Assembly (NCBI GenBank): GCA_007571305.1
Contig: RKRR01000153.1
Span: 35,441 to 99,440, forward strand
Length of the DNA stretch: 64,000 nucleotides
Direction: 5' to 3'
Source: Candidatus Poribacteria bacterium
GTDB taxonomy: Bacteria > Poribacteria > WGA-4E > WGA-3G
A program made the position numbers and the translations under genes. Shown here piece by piece: positions 29,073 through 38,747 of this stretch (positions are counted from its first letter, which is position 1; every line of letters begins with the position of its first letter). Under the pieces are notes generated by a model. That model was given only the letters and a program-made list of their open reading frames with translations. It was not told the origin of the DNA and did no database searches.

Positions 29073-30242
29073 TCAACTGGGTTGGTTTTCATACCATTTG
29101 ACGTTGCCGGTGCTGAGACCACTGGCAACGATGTCCAATCTGCCGTTTCCGTTCATGTCCAACACATGCATCTGTCCGACACCTAAACCACCTTGATCAA
29201 TTGTCTCTTTACGCCACTGATTTTTTGTCAGATCTTCTGGGCGGTAGAGATGCAGACTCGTGCCTTCGCCGTTGTAACCACAGATAATCTCAAGCACGCC
29301 ATCATCGTCAACGTCAACGGCGGCGAGGGAGTGTCCTCTATTGAGCGTGTCGTCAATGAGGTAGCGATGCCACGGATCAGAACGTAGATCTCCAGTGGCT
29401 TTATACCAGACGAGGTTGTTTCCGTGCCACGGCTCAATCGCTAAAATCTCGTTGATGCCGTCGCCATCGATGTCTGCGGCGAATGTGTCGCTACACGCAC
29501 TATCACTGATGATCCATTTGCCCCAATCGTCTGTCATCGGTGCAACAGGGGGTTCATACCAGATGAGCCCCTCCGTGCAACTAATCAGAACATCATCGCG
29601 TCCATCTTGGTCAACGTCGTTAATACTCAAGCCGTGATTGATGTGGAGGGAATCGTCAAGAAGGTGGGACTGCCAAGAGGAGGCCTCTTGTGGGGTATCC
29701 GACAATTCGTAGCACCAGAGTGAGCCGGGACTATGCCATTCGCCGGGTTTACCGTCCTCACCGCGGATCGATGCAACGATGAGAAAGGGAGACGACGTTG
29801 AGTCATTTCCAAAGAAGTTCGCGAGGGCAATACGGTGGATGAAGGGGACATCGACGATGTGATGGCTTTTCCAGTTCTGCCCATCTTGTGCTGGTGCTTC
29901 AAGCCATTGGAGGTATCCCCCTGCGGCGTTCACACCTCGATTGAAACCACTCCCAACAATGAGATCGGGAGTGCCGTTGCCGGTGAGATCGTAAGATGCG
30001 ATAGTGATGTGTCCGCTGCCCTGATCGGTCACAAGATGTCTTTTCCAGTGAGGTGCCTCGTACCAAGCTATGATAGGTTCGCCTGTGGAGCCTGCGATGA
30101 TGTCAAGTTGTCCATTTCCGTTTATATCGGCGACTGCGAGTCCATAGACGCTTTTGAAGGTATTGTCCAGTAGATGTCCTTTGAATTTCATAGTTGACCT
30201 CTTTAACCGCGCTGCAAGGATCGGCATGCTTAAAAAGCGCAC
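29073..30242 (-). CDS. FG-GAP repeat (integrin-alpha/VCBS-like) protein
   Basis: Six or more repeats of the D(x)(N/D)GDGxxD(I/L)(I/V) type are present (DINGNGQLDII, DLTGNGTPDLIVG, DVDQDGRDDVLIS, DIDGDGINEILA, DVDDDGVLEIICG, DMNGNGRLDIVASG). Confidence 0.7.
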   Translation of the reverse strand: MRFLSMPILAARLKRSTMKFKGHLLDNTFKSVYGLAVADINGNGQLDIIAGSTGEPIIAWYEAPHWKRHLVTDQGSGHITIASYDLTGNGTPDLIVGSGFNRGVNAAGGYLQWLEAPAQDGQNWKSHHIVDVPFIHRIALANFFGNDSTSSPFLIVASIRGEDGKPGEWHSPGSLWCYELSDTPQEASSWQSHLLDDSLHINHGLSINDVDQDGRDDVLISCTEGLIWYEPPVAPMTDDWGKWIISDSACSDTFAADIDGDGINEILAIEPWHGNNLVWYKATGDLRSDPWHRYLIDDTLNRGHSLAAVDVDDDGVLEIICGYNGEGTSLHLYRPEDLTKNQWRKETIDQGGLGVGQMHVLDMNGNGRLDIVASGLSTGNVKWYENQPS

Positions 30243-30469
30243 CTTGTGGGTTTGCTATTCGTAGACAGGTGTGGCTACAAGCCACACTCAACCGGATTTT
30301 ACATAACTGTCTCGGTCCCCAAGCCCGGTAGGTTCAGTTTCCTAACCAAACCAGCTTCTATCCGGACTTATTCTAACCAAGTCCTCAATTTCTTGTTTCG
30401 CAGATACTGCCTCTGAAGGCCCTCGCGGCGGATCCGATGCGGTTCGGAAACCGCACCTACCGGGCTTTT

Positions 30470-30856
30470 CTATAGATACTTTGTGAGAATCTCATTTTTA
30501 CGCTCGGTGGCGTTATCAATCACGGTTTGGGCTTTGGTAATTTCTGTTTCTAATTGCTCAATTTCTGCTGCTAACCTCTGTTGAATATTAAGCGGTGGGA
30601 CAGGAATTTGTAAATTTCTTACCTTTGGTACAGTTAATTGAGGGATAACTGAACCGCTATCTGTAAAATCAAGCCTACCGATAATGTGCTTTAAATAGAA
30701 AATATTAGTTAAATCTACATTCGGAGTTAAAACGATTAATCTCACAATAGGATAAAAATTTTCATTTCTTACTTCTGTGTATCCAAGGGTTCCTCTTGCT
30801 GATATGGTTATGCTTGTTTTTTTTATTTTGGCAATATTGGTATATCGTACAGTCCT
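30470..30856 (-). pseudogene. orphaned second half of an HsdS-type target-recognition domain (continuation of the upstream RM gene in another frame)
   Basis: The frame is open from 30856. It encodes ...KTSITISARGTLGYTEVRNENFYPIVRLIVLTPNVDL...LQIPVPPLNIQQRLAAEIEQLETEITKAQ (HsdS TRD core plus conserved coiled region). Its 5' end overlaps the C-terminus of 30823..34239, with a frame offset of one nucleotide. Confidence 0.55.
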
Positions 30857-33800
30857 TTATCTTTAACACCGTTAGCAAAAATTGGAATATTAAATTTATC
30901 GGTTTTGACTTGTGAAAAATTTTCTTTCGGAACATCCCCGCCAGCTACAAGTTTTTCTGCAATATCTTCTAATTTTTTCATTTCATGATTAGCATTTTCA
31001 ATCGCTCGTAGTTTTTCTTCAATCTGCTGTTTGGCTGCCGTAATAACTTGGAGGGCTTGGTCGGTTTCTTGATCTACTGCTTCGCATTCATCAACAATCT
31101 GCTGTTGAATTTGGAGTGGAGGAATCGGGATTTTTATTTCTCTAAGGTTGGTTGAATTTATGCCACCCTGGGCAGAACCTGTAATGTTTTGTTTTACTAA
31201 ATTTTGTCCGTTTGTGGAAAAGAGAAAATTAAAAATATAGGACTGTTTTAATCGAGTTACACACCTCAAGAGAAAAACATGTTCATTTACCATTGCAGGC
31301 TCGTTGTTCAGTTCCTCTCTCAAAAGTGCAATTTTTCCGGTTAAAGCTCCATCTTTGCAGAGCAAAATATCATATTGTTGTAGTACTCCTTTAGTGCTTG
31401 CATGGTAGAAATCTAACGGGACATATTTCGGTGTGGTCAGGTCAACCTTTCCATTTGTTGAGTGTATGTGTTCACCTCCCAGACTCCATGCGCCACTTGC
31501 TATATTTCCAACGCCGCCTTTAGGTCTGTTCCCACTTTCAATTGTTTCTACCGTCTCTCCTAACTTTACTAATTCCCATTGGGTTTCAATATCAATATCC
31601 TGTTTAGGGTTTAGACCAAGAACTTTATCAAAATCTACGCGGCTGAAATTCAACATATCAGTGAGTTTGGCATAGTGGCAGTGCTCGGGGAGCGGATCGG
31701 TAGTTTCACCGATAAAGTTGTTTTTTATAGCGGTGTTTATTTTTCTATCGTTGTCTAAGTCTTTCGGGTCGAACAACGGTGTCATAATATCGTTGACGGT
31801 TTCACCGCCCTCGTATTTAATACCTTCACTACCTTTACGAGTACTCCACTCGTAGCCTAAAAATTGCTTCTGTGCTTTTTTGGCGTTCGGTGCGTTGACA
31901 ATTAGCACTTTGCTAGTCTGTTCATGCGCGAGAATGAAGTAGTAGAGTTTTTCTTTTTCCTTCTCGTGCAGATAATCAATGAAATATTGTGCTAATTCTG
32001 CGGATTGTTCCGCTGGTGTTTTTTCTTTGAATACCTTGGATTTTTTTAGATTTTTTATATTCGTGCTTTGCCTAAAGGTCTGTTTGTAGTCATGGAAGAT
32101 ATTGGACTGCAATAATTCGGTCAGTTGGTCTATATTAGTTGGCTCGAAGAGTTTGGTGTATTCTTCGTAAGGGACTTCGATGTGGTTGCAATAGGCTTTA
32201 ATCAGGTATTCGTCTCGGTATGCTGCGTTGTTGTGATCTCCTTCAAAAAAATCGTCTACGCGATTGCGATAGTGTTCGGAGACTTCAGGTCTTTGGCTTT
32301 TTCGTCTTAAGAAGAGCACCACCGTATTTGTGCCTGTCTTTCCAAAGGTGCTGCTTCCAAGTTCTGCGATGCTCACGAGATCAAAAAATTGCAATAGTAT
32401 CTCACGGGTAGCAATATGAACTGCATCCGTATTAGCCAAAATGCTGAAGGGAGCAATTACACCGACAACACCCTCAGGAGCCATCAAGTGATGGATCCGC
32501 TCTAAGAAGAAGCACTCAATGTTATTGGTGTTGCTGTTTTCACCTGCGGCTTTGATGAGTTTATACGTTTTTTTCTCTGCATCGTCCAAAGTTTGCAAAA
32601 AGCCTTCTACTGCAAAGGGTGGATTTGCCACTAAGATATCGTAGTTTTCCTGCTGGATGTCAGGGTGGGCTGCGAGTGCATCGGCATCCAGGACCTTAAT
32701 CTGTGCTTGTCCGTGCATATAGGCGGCAACTTTAGCGACCTTTGCCAAACGGTCTTCTTTTTCAACCCCGGTGATGTGATTGTAATAGTCATTGACATCT
32801 TTGCTTTGTGCTTCAACCAACGGCTTTATTTGATGGGCGTATTCATTTAGAAAATGCCCTGAGCCACAGGCGTAATCAATGGCTTTAATTGGTTCGGGAT
32901 TGGCTTCAATTTTTTTAGTAAGTGGCAAGGAGGCCACAATAAACTTACAAATCGGCAGCGGTGTGAAAAACTGCCCTTCGGACTGTTTGATACCGTCGTC
33001 GAGAAACATCTCAAACATGTCCCCCAAGAATTGATTCGGGGCATCTGTTTTGAGCCGTAACCTTTGCCACATTTGCACGACTTCCGAGAGTACTTCAGCG
33101 TTTTTTTCGAACAACTCTTTGTTGTGCGTATCCAGAAAGGAGAAAGCGGAGTTGGTAAAGAATTTAAGTTCTGTAAAATAACGTTGAATCTGTTGCTTGG
33201 TGGCGTTACGGTCATTTTTGACTGTCCAGAATGCATTGTCAATTTGTTCGTTACTGATATAACTGATTTCTTCATTGAGAAATTTACGCATCCCCCTTTG
33301 ATAGAGTTCTTGTAGTCTATCGACAAAATCGAAGTAGTTGTCGTAAGTTGCCCCTTTCCAGTAAAATTTCAAATCAGTTTGGTTTTCTTCTTCGTCGACC
33401 AGTTTGCATAGAAATAGATTGACCAAGACCTCAAAAGCAGTTTCGCGGCGTGCAATGCTGTGTTTTCTGAGGAGTGTTCGGAATTCATGGTATTTACCCT
33501 CTTTATCCTTCGCATCAATGGCTTTGGTGTCATCAGCAAGGGTGTACTTATTTTTACCGATCTGGTAGGCTTGGACGTTGCCTTCAAAAATACCGCTTTC
33601 GGCATGCTCTAATTGGTAGGTATCCTGCCAAACGGCGTAGCGGTCTGCAACGTCGGTTGCTTCAGCAAAAGCATGCGATGTTTCGTCTTGTGCTTGTGCT
33701 AAAATTTGTTCGCTATCCCGATGAGCAATAATCTTATGGTCGATACGGATCTTATTTCCTACAAAGTCAGAGGCGTAGAGACACAGATATTGTACTTTCG

Positions 33801-34239
33801 GGATTTGTTGTGCGTAACTGAATAGCTGATCGCCATCTTGCTGGGTCTTCTGCCACGCCTTCTCAAATTCCTCGCCTGCTGTTTTGCACTCAATAATCAG
33901 TAAGGGATTATTTTCATGGTCACTAACCAGTATATCAGCACGTCCACCGCTTGCCCCGTGCCCAACTCTCCATGTTGGTTCCAGTTCTAAATGTTCGGGT
34001 TTGTAACCTTTTTCCAGCAACCGATGCACACATTCAAACACAACGAAATTCTCTGGATGTGAAAAATTGCATGTGTCGCGTCGGTTGACGATGAGTCCAT
34101 TATCTTCGGGGTAAATTAGGCTTTGTTTGCCGAAGTCAACTTTTAGATCCGCTTCGCCAATTGATTTTTGGAAGGTGTTACCTTCTTCCGTGAAGCTCAG
34201 CGTTTTGAGTAAGTTTTTAAAATTGGTTTTCGTTATCAT
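30823..34239 (-). CDS. single-polypeptide restriction-modification enzyme: PD-(D/E)xK nuclease + gamma-class N6-adenine MTase + HsdS-like specificity region (Type IIB/IIG, AloI/CjeI-like)
   Basis: The N-terminal nuclease core is ADILVSDHENNPLLIIECK. MTase motif I is IDYACGSGHFL and motif IV is LVANPPF. The C-terminal TRD has the conserved IKIPIPPLQIQQQI helix, followed by the beginning of a second TRD that ends at a stop inside an A4-T-A8 stretch. The ATG at 34239 is preceded by a GGAG ribosome-binding site; the track ORF extends to 34347. Confidence 0.8.
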   Translation of the reverse strand: MITKTNFKNLLKTLSFTEEGNTFQKSIGEADLKVDFGKQSLIYPEDNGLIVNRRDTCNFSHPENFVVFECVHRLLEKGYKPEHLELEPTWRVGHGASGGRADILVSDHENNPLLIIECKTAGEEFEKAWQKTQQDGDQLFSYAQQIPKVQYLCLYASDFVGNKIRIDHKIIAHRDSEQILAQAQDETSHAFAEATDVADRYAVWQDTYQLEHAESGIFEGNVQAYQIGKNKYTLADDTKAIDAKDKEGKYHEFRTLLRKHSIARRETAFEVLVNLFLCKLVDEEENQTDLKFYWKGATYDNYFDFVDRLQELYQRGMRKFLNEEISYISNEQIDNAFWTVKNDRNATKQQIQRYFTELKFFTNSAFSFLDTHNKELFEKNAEVLSEVVQMWQRLRLKTDAPNQFLGDMFEMFLDDGIKQSEGQFFTPLPICKFIVASLPLTKKIEANPEPIKAIDYACGSGHFLNEYAHQIKPLVEAQSKDVNDYYNHITGVEKEDRLAKVAKVAAYMHGQAQIKVLDADALAAHPDIQQENYDILVANPPFAVEGFLQTLDDAEKKTYKLIKAAGENSNTNNIECFFLERIHHLMAPEGVVGVIAPFSILANTDAVHIATREILLQFFDLVSIAELGSSTFGKTGTNTVVLFLRRKSQRPEVSEHYRNRVDDFFEGDHNNAAYRDEYLIKAYCNHIEVPYEEYTKLFEPTNIDQLTELLQSNIFHDYKQTFRQSTNIKNLKKSKVFKEKTPAEQSAELAQYFIDYLHEKEKEKLYYFILAHEQTSKVLIVNAPNAKKAQKQFLGYEWSTRKGSEGIKYEGGETVNDIMTPLFDPKDLDNDRKINTAIKNNFIGETTDPLPEHCHYAKLTDMLNFSRVDFDKVLGLNPKQDIDIETQWELVKLGETVETIESGNRPKGGVGNIASGAWSLGGEHIHSTNGKVDLTTPKYVPLDFYHASTKGVLQQYDILLCKDGALTGKIALLREELNNEPAMVNEHVFLLRCVTRLKQSYIFNFLFSTNGQNLVKQNITGSAQGGINSTNLREIKIPIPPLQIQQQIVDECEAVDQETDQALQVITAAKQQIEEKLRAIENANHEMKKLEDIAEKLVAGGDVPKENFSQVKTDKFNIPIFANGVKDKGLYDIPILPK

Positions 34240-34463
34240 ATCGAATTCTCCGCGAAAACCTTCAGAGGCAGCGTTTGCTAAGCAGTACTCAGGACTTACG
34301 CAATTTCGACCATAGGACGCTTTGTGAGAGGAAACCCCAAAAAACACAGGAGTCCTCGCGGCACAGGCTAACAGCCTATGCTACAAAAGAGCAACATGCG
34401 TAAGTCCTAAGTACTGTTAAACAAGAAGCCGAGAACTGTGTTGAGATAAGTCCTTATCCCTCT

Positions 34464-34898
34464 CTAAGGATTGCGGAAGAACCGGACGATCCCAGGCTCT
34501 ATCTCATACCCGACATTCGACCAGAATGCAGTCGCCCACGGATACTTTTCTTCCACGAGTGCTGTGATGCGTTTCGCCCCCTGTTTTGTCAGACCCCTTT
34601 CGCCTTCTTCGACTAAGTCTCGTCCAATCCCTCGTCGTCGGTAGTCAGGATGAACTGCGATGCGGTACATGTTCCCACGCCACCCATCGAAAGTAGCAAT
34701 CAAGGAGCCGACGATGCGTCGATCCGCCTCAGCAACCAGCACCAACGCGCTACTCTCTATTGTGCGTTGGAGGTCTGCGACAGTGTCCGTGACGCTCGGA
34801 GATGTTCCTGTGGCTTGCCACAATACGAGAAGTGCCTCCGCTTCTTCTGGAAGGCACTCTCGTATGAAGAAAGTACTTGTTCTGTTGGATAAACCCAT
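34464..34898 (-). CDS. GNAT family N-acetyltransferase
   Basis: The acetyl-CoA binding motif (R/Q)xxGxG/A-like RRRGIGRDLV is present, within a GNAT fold of about 140 aa. Confidence 0.7.
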   Translation of the reverse strand: MGLSNRTSTFFIRECLPEEAEALLVLWQATGTSPSVTDTVADLQRTIESSALVLVAEADRRIVGSLIATFDGWRGNMYRIAVHPDYRRRGIGRDLVEEGERGLTKQGAKRITALVEEKYPWATAFWSNVGYEIEPGIVRFFRNP

Positions 34899-34975
34899 CT
34901 GATCGGTGCCCCTTCCCAGTAACGGATGGGGATCCCGGTTGAAACCGCACCTACCTTGACTGGAGAAAGGCTCTT

Positions 34976-35968
34976 CTACTCGTCAAGCCAACTCATCATG
35001 CTCCGTAGATTCTTGCCGACTTCCTCAATCTGCAATTCCTCTTCCTGTCGCCGGAGTGCACCGAGTACGGGTTGATTCGCCTCATTTTCCAAGACCCACT
35101 CCCGTGCGAAGACTCCGCCCTGAACATCCTTCAGGATCTGACGCATCTTATCCCGGACACTGTCGTCAATCAGCTGAGGCCCCCGTGTCAAGTCGCCGTA
35201 TTCAGCGGTATTGCTGACATCGTTGCGCATCTTGCTCAATCCGCCCGTGTAAATGAGGTCAACAATCAACTTGAGCTCGTGTAGGCATTCAAAGTAAGCC
35301 ATTTCAGGTTGGTATCCTGCTTCGACGAGTGTATCAAAAGCGGCTTTGATGAGTGCAGCGGTTCCACCACATAAAACAGCTTGTTCGCCGAAGAGATCGG
35401 TTTCGGTTTCCTCGCGAAATGTAGTTTCAATAACACCGGCACGCGTGCCTCCGATACCTCTTGCATAAGCAAGCGCGACATCGCGCGCGAGCCCTGTGGT
35501 ATCTTGATGTATGGCAATGAGACACGGCACGCCGCCGCCACCTTCAAACACCTCACGGACGAGAGACCCTGGTCCTTTCGGTGCAATCATTGCAACGTCG
35601 ATGTCACTAGCAGGCACAATCTGCCCGAAATGGACGCTGAACCCGTGTGAGACGAGGAGCATATTCCCCGACTGCATGTTTGGCGCGACCTGATCACGAT
35701 AAACAGCGGCATGACGTTCATCAGGGATGAGAATCTGAACGATATCTGCTATTGCTGCGGCTTCTTCAACGGTTTTGACAGTCAAACCTTCTGCTTCCGC
35801 CCGGGCTTTTGAGCGACTGCCTTCATATAACCCGACGACAACATTGGCACCACTGTCCTTAAGGTTTAGCGACTGGGCGCGTCCCTGTGCACCGTAACCA
35901 ACAACAGCGACGGTGCGCTCTTTCAATAAATCAAAATTGGCATCACTATCGTAATAAATTGTTGCCAT
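34976..35968 (-). CDS. ilvC: ketol-acid reductoisomerase
   Basis: The N-terminus [21 protein letters not shown] and a length of about 330 aa are typical of class I IlvC. Confidence 0.9.
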   Translation of the reverse strand: MATIYYDSDANFDLLKERTVAVVGYGAQGRAQSLNLKDSGANVVVGLYEGSRSKARAEAEGLTVKTVEEAAAIADIVQILIPDERHAAVYRDQVAPNMQSGNMLLVSHGFSVHFGQIVPASDIDVAMIAPKGPGSLVREVFEGGGGVPCLIAIHQDTTGLARDVALAYARGIGGTRAGVIETTFREETETDLFGEQAVLCGGTAALIKAAFDTLVEAGYQPEMAYFECLHELKLIVDLIYTGGLSKMRNDVSNTAEYGDLTRGPQLIDDSVRDKMRQILKDVQGGVFAREWVLENEANQPVLGALRRQEEELQIEEVGKNLRSMMSWLDE

Positions 35969-36102
35969 AACGTCTGTTCCTTTTTAGGTTATCAGTTGTC
36001 AGTAACTCATTTGTAGCAGATCGAACCCTTTTACCCGCTACACATTCAACTGATAACCGATAACTGAAGTGGAGCGCAGCGGAACGTCCCGATAACTGTA
36101 TT

Positions 36103-36600
36103 CTATTTTTCAGAGCCGCGGAGCATCGCTATTTTGCCGGTCCGTGCTAATTCAAGGATGCCGTACGTATTGAAAATATCAATTGCCGCTTTCAGTTTAC
36201 CCTCATCGCCTGTAATTTCGAGAACAAGTGAAGCAGGCTTCATGTCTATAACCCGTCCACGAAAGACCTCCGCGACTTGTAGAACCTCGGTGCGTTTTTG
36301 AGGATCATCGGTAGCAACCTTGATAAGCACAAGTTCTCGCTCAACATGAGTCTCGGTGGAAAGGTCTGTTACCTCAATAACGTCGATAAGTCTGTTGAGA
36401 TGATGGTAAATCTGTTCAATAATTTGGGTATCGCCGTGCGTAACAAGGGTTATCTGTGAAATGCTCCTGTCATGCGTTTCGGCGACGTTGAGACTGTCGA
36501 TATTAAAGCCGCGTCCGCTGAAGAGTCCTGCAACACGTGCAAGAACTCCAAATCGGTTTTCGACCAAAACGGAAAAGATATGTCGTTCTTCTGGATTCAT
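36103..36600 (-). CDS. ilvN: acetolactate synthase small (regulatory) subunit
   Basis: The ACT domain HIFSVLVENRFGVLARVAGLFSGRGFNIDSLNV is present. Length is about 165 aa. Confidence 0.9.
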   Translation of the reverse strand: MNPEERHIFSVLVENRFGVLARVAGLFSGRGFNIDSLNVAETHDRSISQITLVTHGDTQIIEQIYHHLNRLIDVIEVTDLSTETHVERELVLIKVATDDPQKRTEVLQVAEVFRGRVIDMKPASLVLEITGDEGKLKAAIDIFNTYGILELARTGKIAMLRGSEK

Positions 36601-36877
36601 TCTTTTGTAGTTTTTGGATCACCTGCTGCGCAGGCTTTCAGTTATCGGTTATCAGTTAAAGAGGGATTCGTTAAATGAGGGAAATTGAGGAACACCCAAG
36701 CAAAGCACCTCATAACCGACAACCATTAAAATATAGGACTTACGCCTGCTGCTCTTTTGTAGCATAACCTATTAGGTTGTGCCATGAGAACATTTGTGCT
36801 TTTTGGATCTCCCTCTCACAAAACGTCCTATGGTCAAAATTGCGTAAGTCCTGAAATAGTTAAAAAGTCGTTAAGAT

Positions 36878-37037
36878 AACGCAAGTTGCTACTCACAAGA
36901 TTTTAGGCATCCTGTCCCATTTTTCATTGAAAAGCGTTCAGGATCCACAGCGTTTCGTAGCGTAGGAAACCGTAGGTCTCCTGCGTCCGAAGATGCACAC
37001 CCTAACAGGTTATGCTACAGAACTGGCAACTTGGGTT
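36878..37037. mobile_element. MITE-like element copy (same family as 27643..27830) inserted between ilvB and ilvN
   Basis: The left TIR is degenerate (AACGCAAGTTGC). The right TIR is GGCAACTTGGGTT. It contains the hairpin module GCACACCCTAACAGGTTATGCTACA. It is flanked by a 24-27-bp direct duplication (AAATAGTTAAAAAGTCGTTAAGATAAC) that includes the ilvB stop codon. Confidence 0.55.
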
Positions 37038-37055
37038 AAAATAGTTAAAAAGTCG

Positions 37056-38732
37056 TTAAGATAACCCGCGGATAACATCTCCAAGCCCGGCCCCGGCTGG
37101 CACCATGGGGAACACATTCTCCTCTTCATCAACAATAAAGTCAATGACGACAGGACCGTCGGTAACCCCTTTCGCCTTCTGTAATGCAGGCACAACATCT
37201 TCGGTGTGTTCAACCCGTAAGCCTGTCGCACCGAATGCCTGCGCGAGGAGGGCAAAATCGGGATTGTCATGATAATCAACAGCGGAATAACGTTTGCCGT
37301 GGAACAATTCCTGCCATTGGCGTACCATTCCCAAATACATATTGTTGATAATGAAAATCTTTAGCGGTAGTTTCATGGTAACCGCCGGCACCAATTCTTG
37401 GATTGTCATGATGTAGGAGCCATCACCGTTGATATTGACGACGGTTTTGTCCGGACATCCAAGTTGTGCCCCGATTGCGGCTGGGAGACTGAAGCCCATT
37501 GTACCGAGACCACCGGAGTTGAGCCATTGCCGGGGTTCGGTGAATTTGAAGTATTGCGCCGCCCACATCTGGTGCTGTCCGACATCCGCGACGACAATCG
37601 CATCGTTGTAGTGTTCGTAGACCTGCTCAATGACGTATTGGGGCATCACTTTGTCGGCTTTTTGCTCGTATTCAAATGGGTACTTCTGTTTCCACTCCTG
37701 AATCTGGTCGCGCCATGGATCTATGTCCACGATACTGACCTGTTTGTTGAGTTCAGTGAGAACACTCTTGGCATCACCAACGATGGGAACATCTACCGGT
37801 ACATTTTTTCCGATACAAGAGGCGTCGATATCGATGTGGATTTTTTTAGCGTTCGGTGCGAATTTGCTGAGATCACCAGTAACGCGGTCATCGAACCTCG
37901 CACCGATAGCAATAACAAGGTCTGAGTCGGTGAAAGCGTAATTTGCGCAACAAGAGCCGTGCATTCCGGGCATCTCCATTGCCAAAGGATGTGTTTCGGG
38001 AAATGCGCCAAGCCCCATCAATGTAACGGTAATCGGGATCTGGGTTTTGAGCGTAAGTTGTCGCAGTTCTTCACTGGCGTTGGCGAGTACGACACCACCA
38101 CCCGCATAAAGTATAGGGCGTTTCGCTTCCTTAATCAATGCCGCCGCCTTCGCTATTTGCACCGGATCACCGTGAACTTGAGGTTTGTAGCTCCGGATGT
38201 CCACTGTTTCTGGATATTGAAACAGTGCTTCGTGCAGCTGTGCGTCTTTGGCAATGTCAATAACGACAGGACCGGGTTTCCCTGTCTTCGCGAGATGGAA
38301 TGCCTCAGCGACGACATCTGCTATCTCGTCGGAATCTTTGATAAGGTAACTATGCTTACAGATCGGACGTGTTACGCCGATAACATCACACTCTTGGAAG
38401 GCATCACTGCCGATATAGTGGGTAAAAACCTGTCCAGTGATAGCGACCATCGGAATCGAATCCATATAAGCGGTTGCGATGCCAGTGACGAGGTTGGTCG
38501 CGCCAGGACCGGAAGTTGCGAGTGCGACCCCGACATCTCCAGTGGCGCGTGCGTAGCCATCAGCGGCGTGGGAAGCCCCTTGCTCATGCCGCATCGGAAT
38601 CAATTTGATCTCGGTCTCACTGTACAGAGCATCGAAAATCGGCATTGCCGCGCCACCGTTCACACCAAAAATATATTCGACACCTTCCCGTTTGAGACTG
38701 TCAATAAGGATTTGCGCTCCTGAAAGTTCCAT
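37056..38732 (-). CDS. ilvB: acetolactate synthase large (catalytic) subunit
   Basis: TPP enzyme with the biosynthetic AHAS signature (GVNGGAAMPIFDALY...GDGS(x)NN). The ATG at 38732 is preceded by GAGGA; the track ORF starts at 38747. Confidence 0.9.
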   Translation of the reverse strand: MELSGAQILIDSLKREGVEYIFGVNGGAAMPIFDALYSETEIKLIPMRHEQGASHAADGYARATGDVGVALATSGPGATNLVTGIATAYMDSIPMVAITGQVFTHYIGSDAFQECDVIGVTRPICKHSYLIKDSDEIADVVAEAFHLAKTGKPGPVVIDIAKDAQLHEALFQYPETVDIRSYKPQVHGDPVQIAKAAALIKEAKRPILYAGGGVVLANASEELRQLTLKTQIPITVTLMGLGAFPETHPLAMEMPGMHGSCCANYAFTDSDLVIAIGARFDDRVTGDLSKFAPNAKKIHIDIDASCIGKNVPVDVPIVGDAKSVLTELNKQVSIVDIDPWRDQIQEWKQKYPFEYEQKADKVMPQYVIEQVYEHYNDAIVVADVGQHQMWAAQYFKFTEPRQWLNSGGLGTMGFSLPAAIGAQLGCPDKTVVNINGDGSYIMTIQELVPAVTMKLPLKIFIINNMYLGMVRQWQELFHGKRYSAVDYHDNPDFALLAQAFGATGLRVEHTEDVVPALQKAKGVTDGPVVIDFIVDEEENVFPMVPAGAGLGDVIRGLS

Positions 38733-38747
38733 GCCAATTTTCCTCAT

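Noticed and set aside
30811-30830. The A8/T8 homopolymer itself as the site that restores the RM reading frame
   Set aside because: The upstream-frame TAA stop is formed at the beginning of the A8 run, so changes inside A8 cannot bypass it. The rescuing indel must be in or before the preceding A4 run. It is reported as an A4-T-A8 context rather than an A8 switch.
37959-38723. A 254-aa plus-strand ORF inside ilvB
   Set aside because: It is antisense to ilvB. Its Cys/Arg-rich translation is typical of the reverse frame of a GC-balanced gene.
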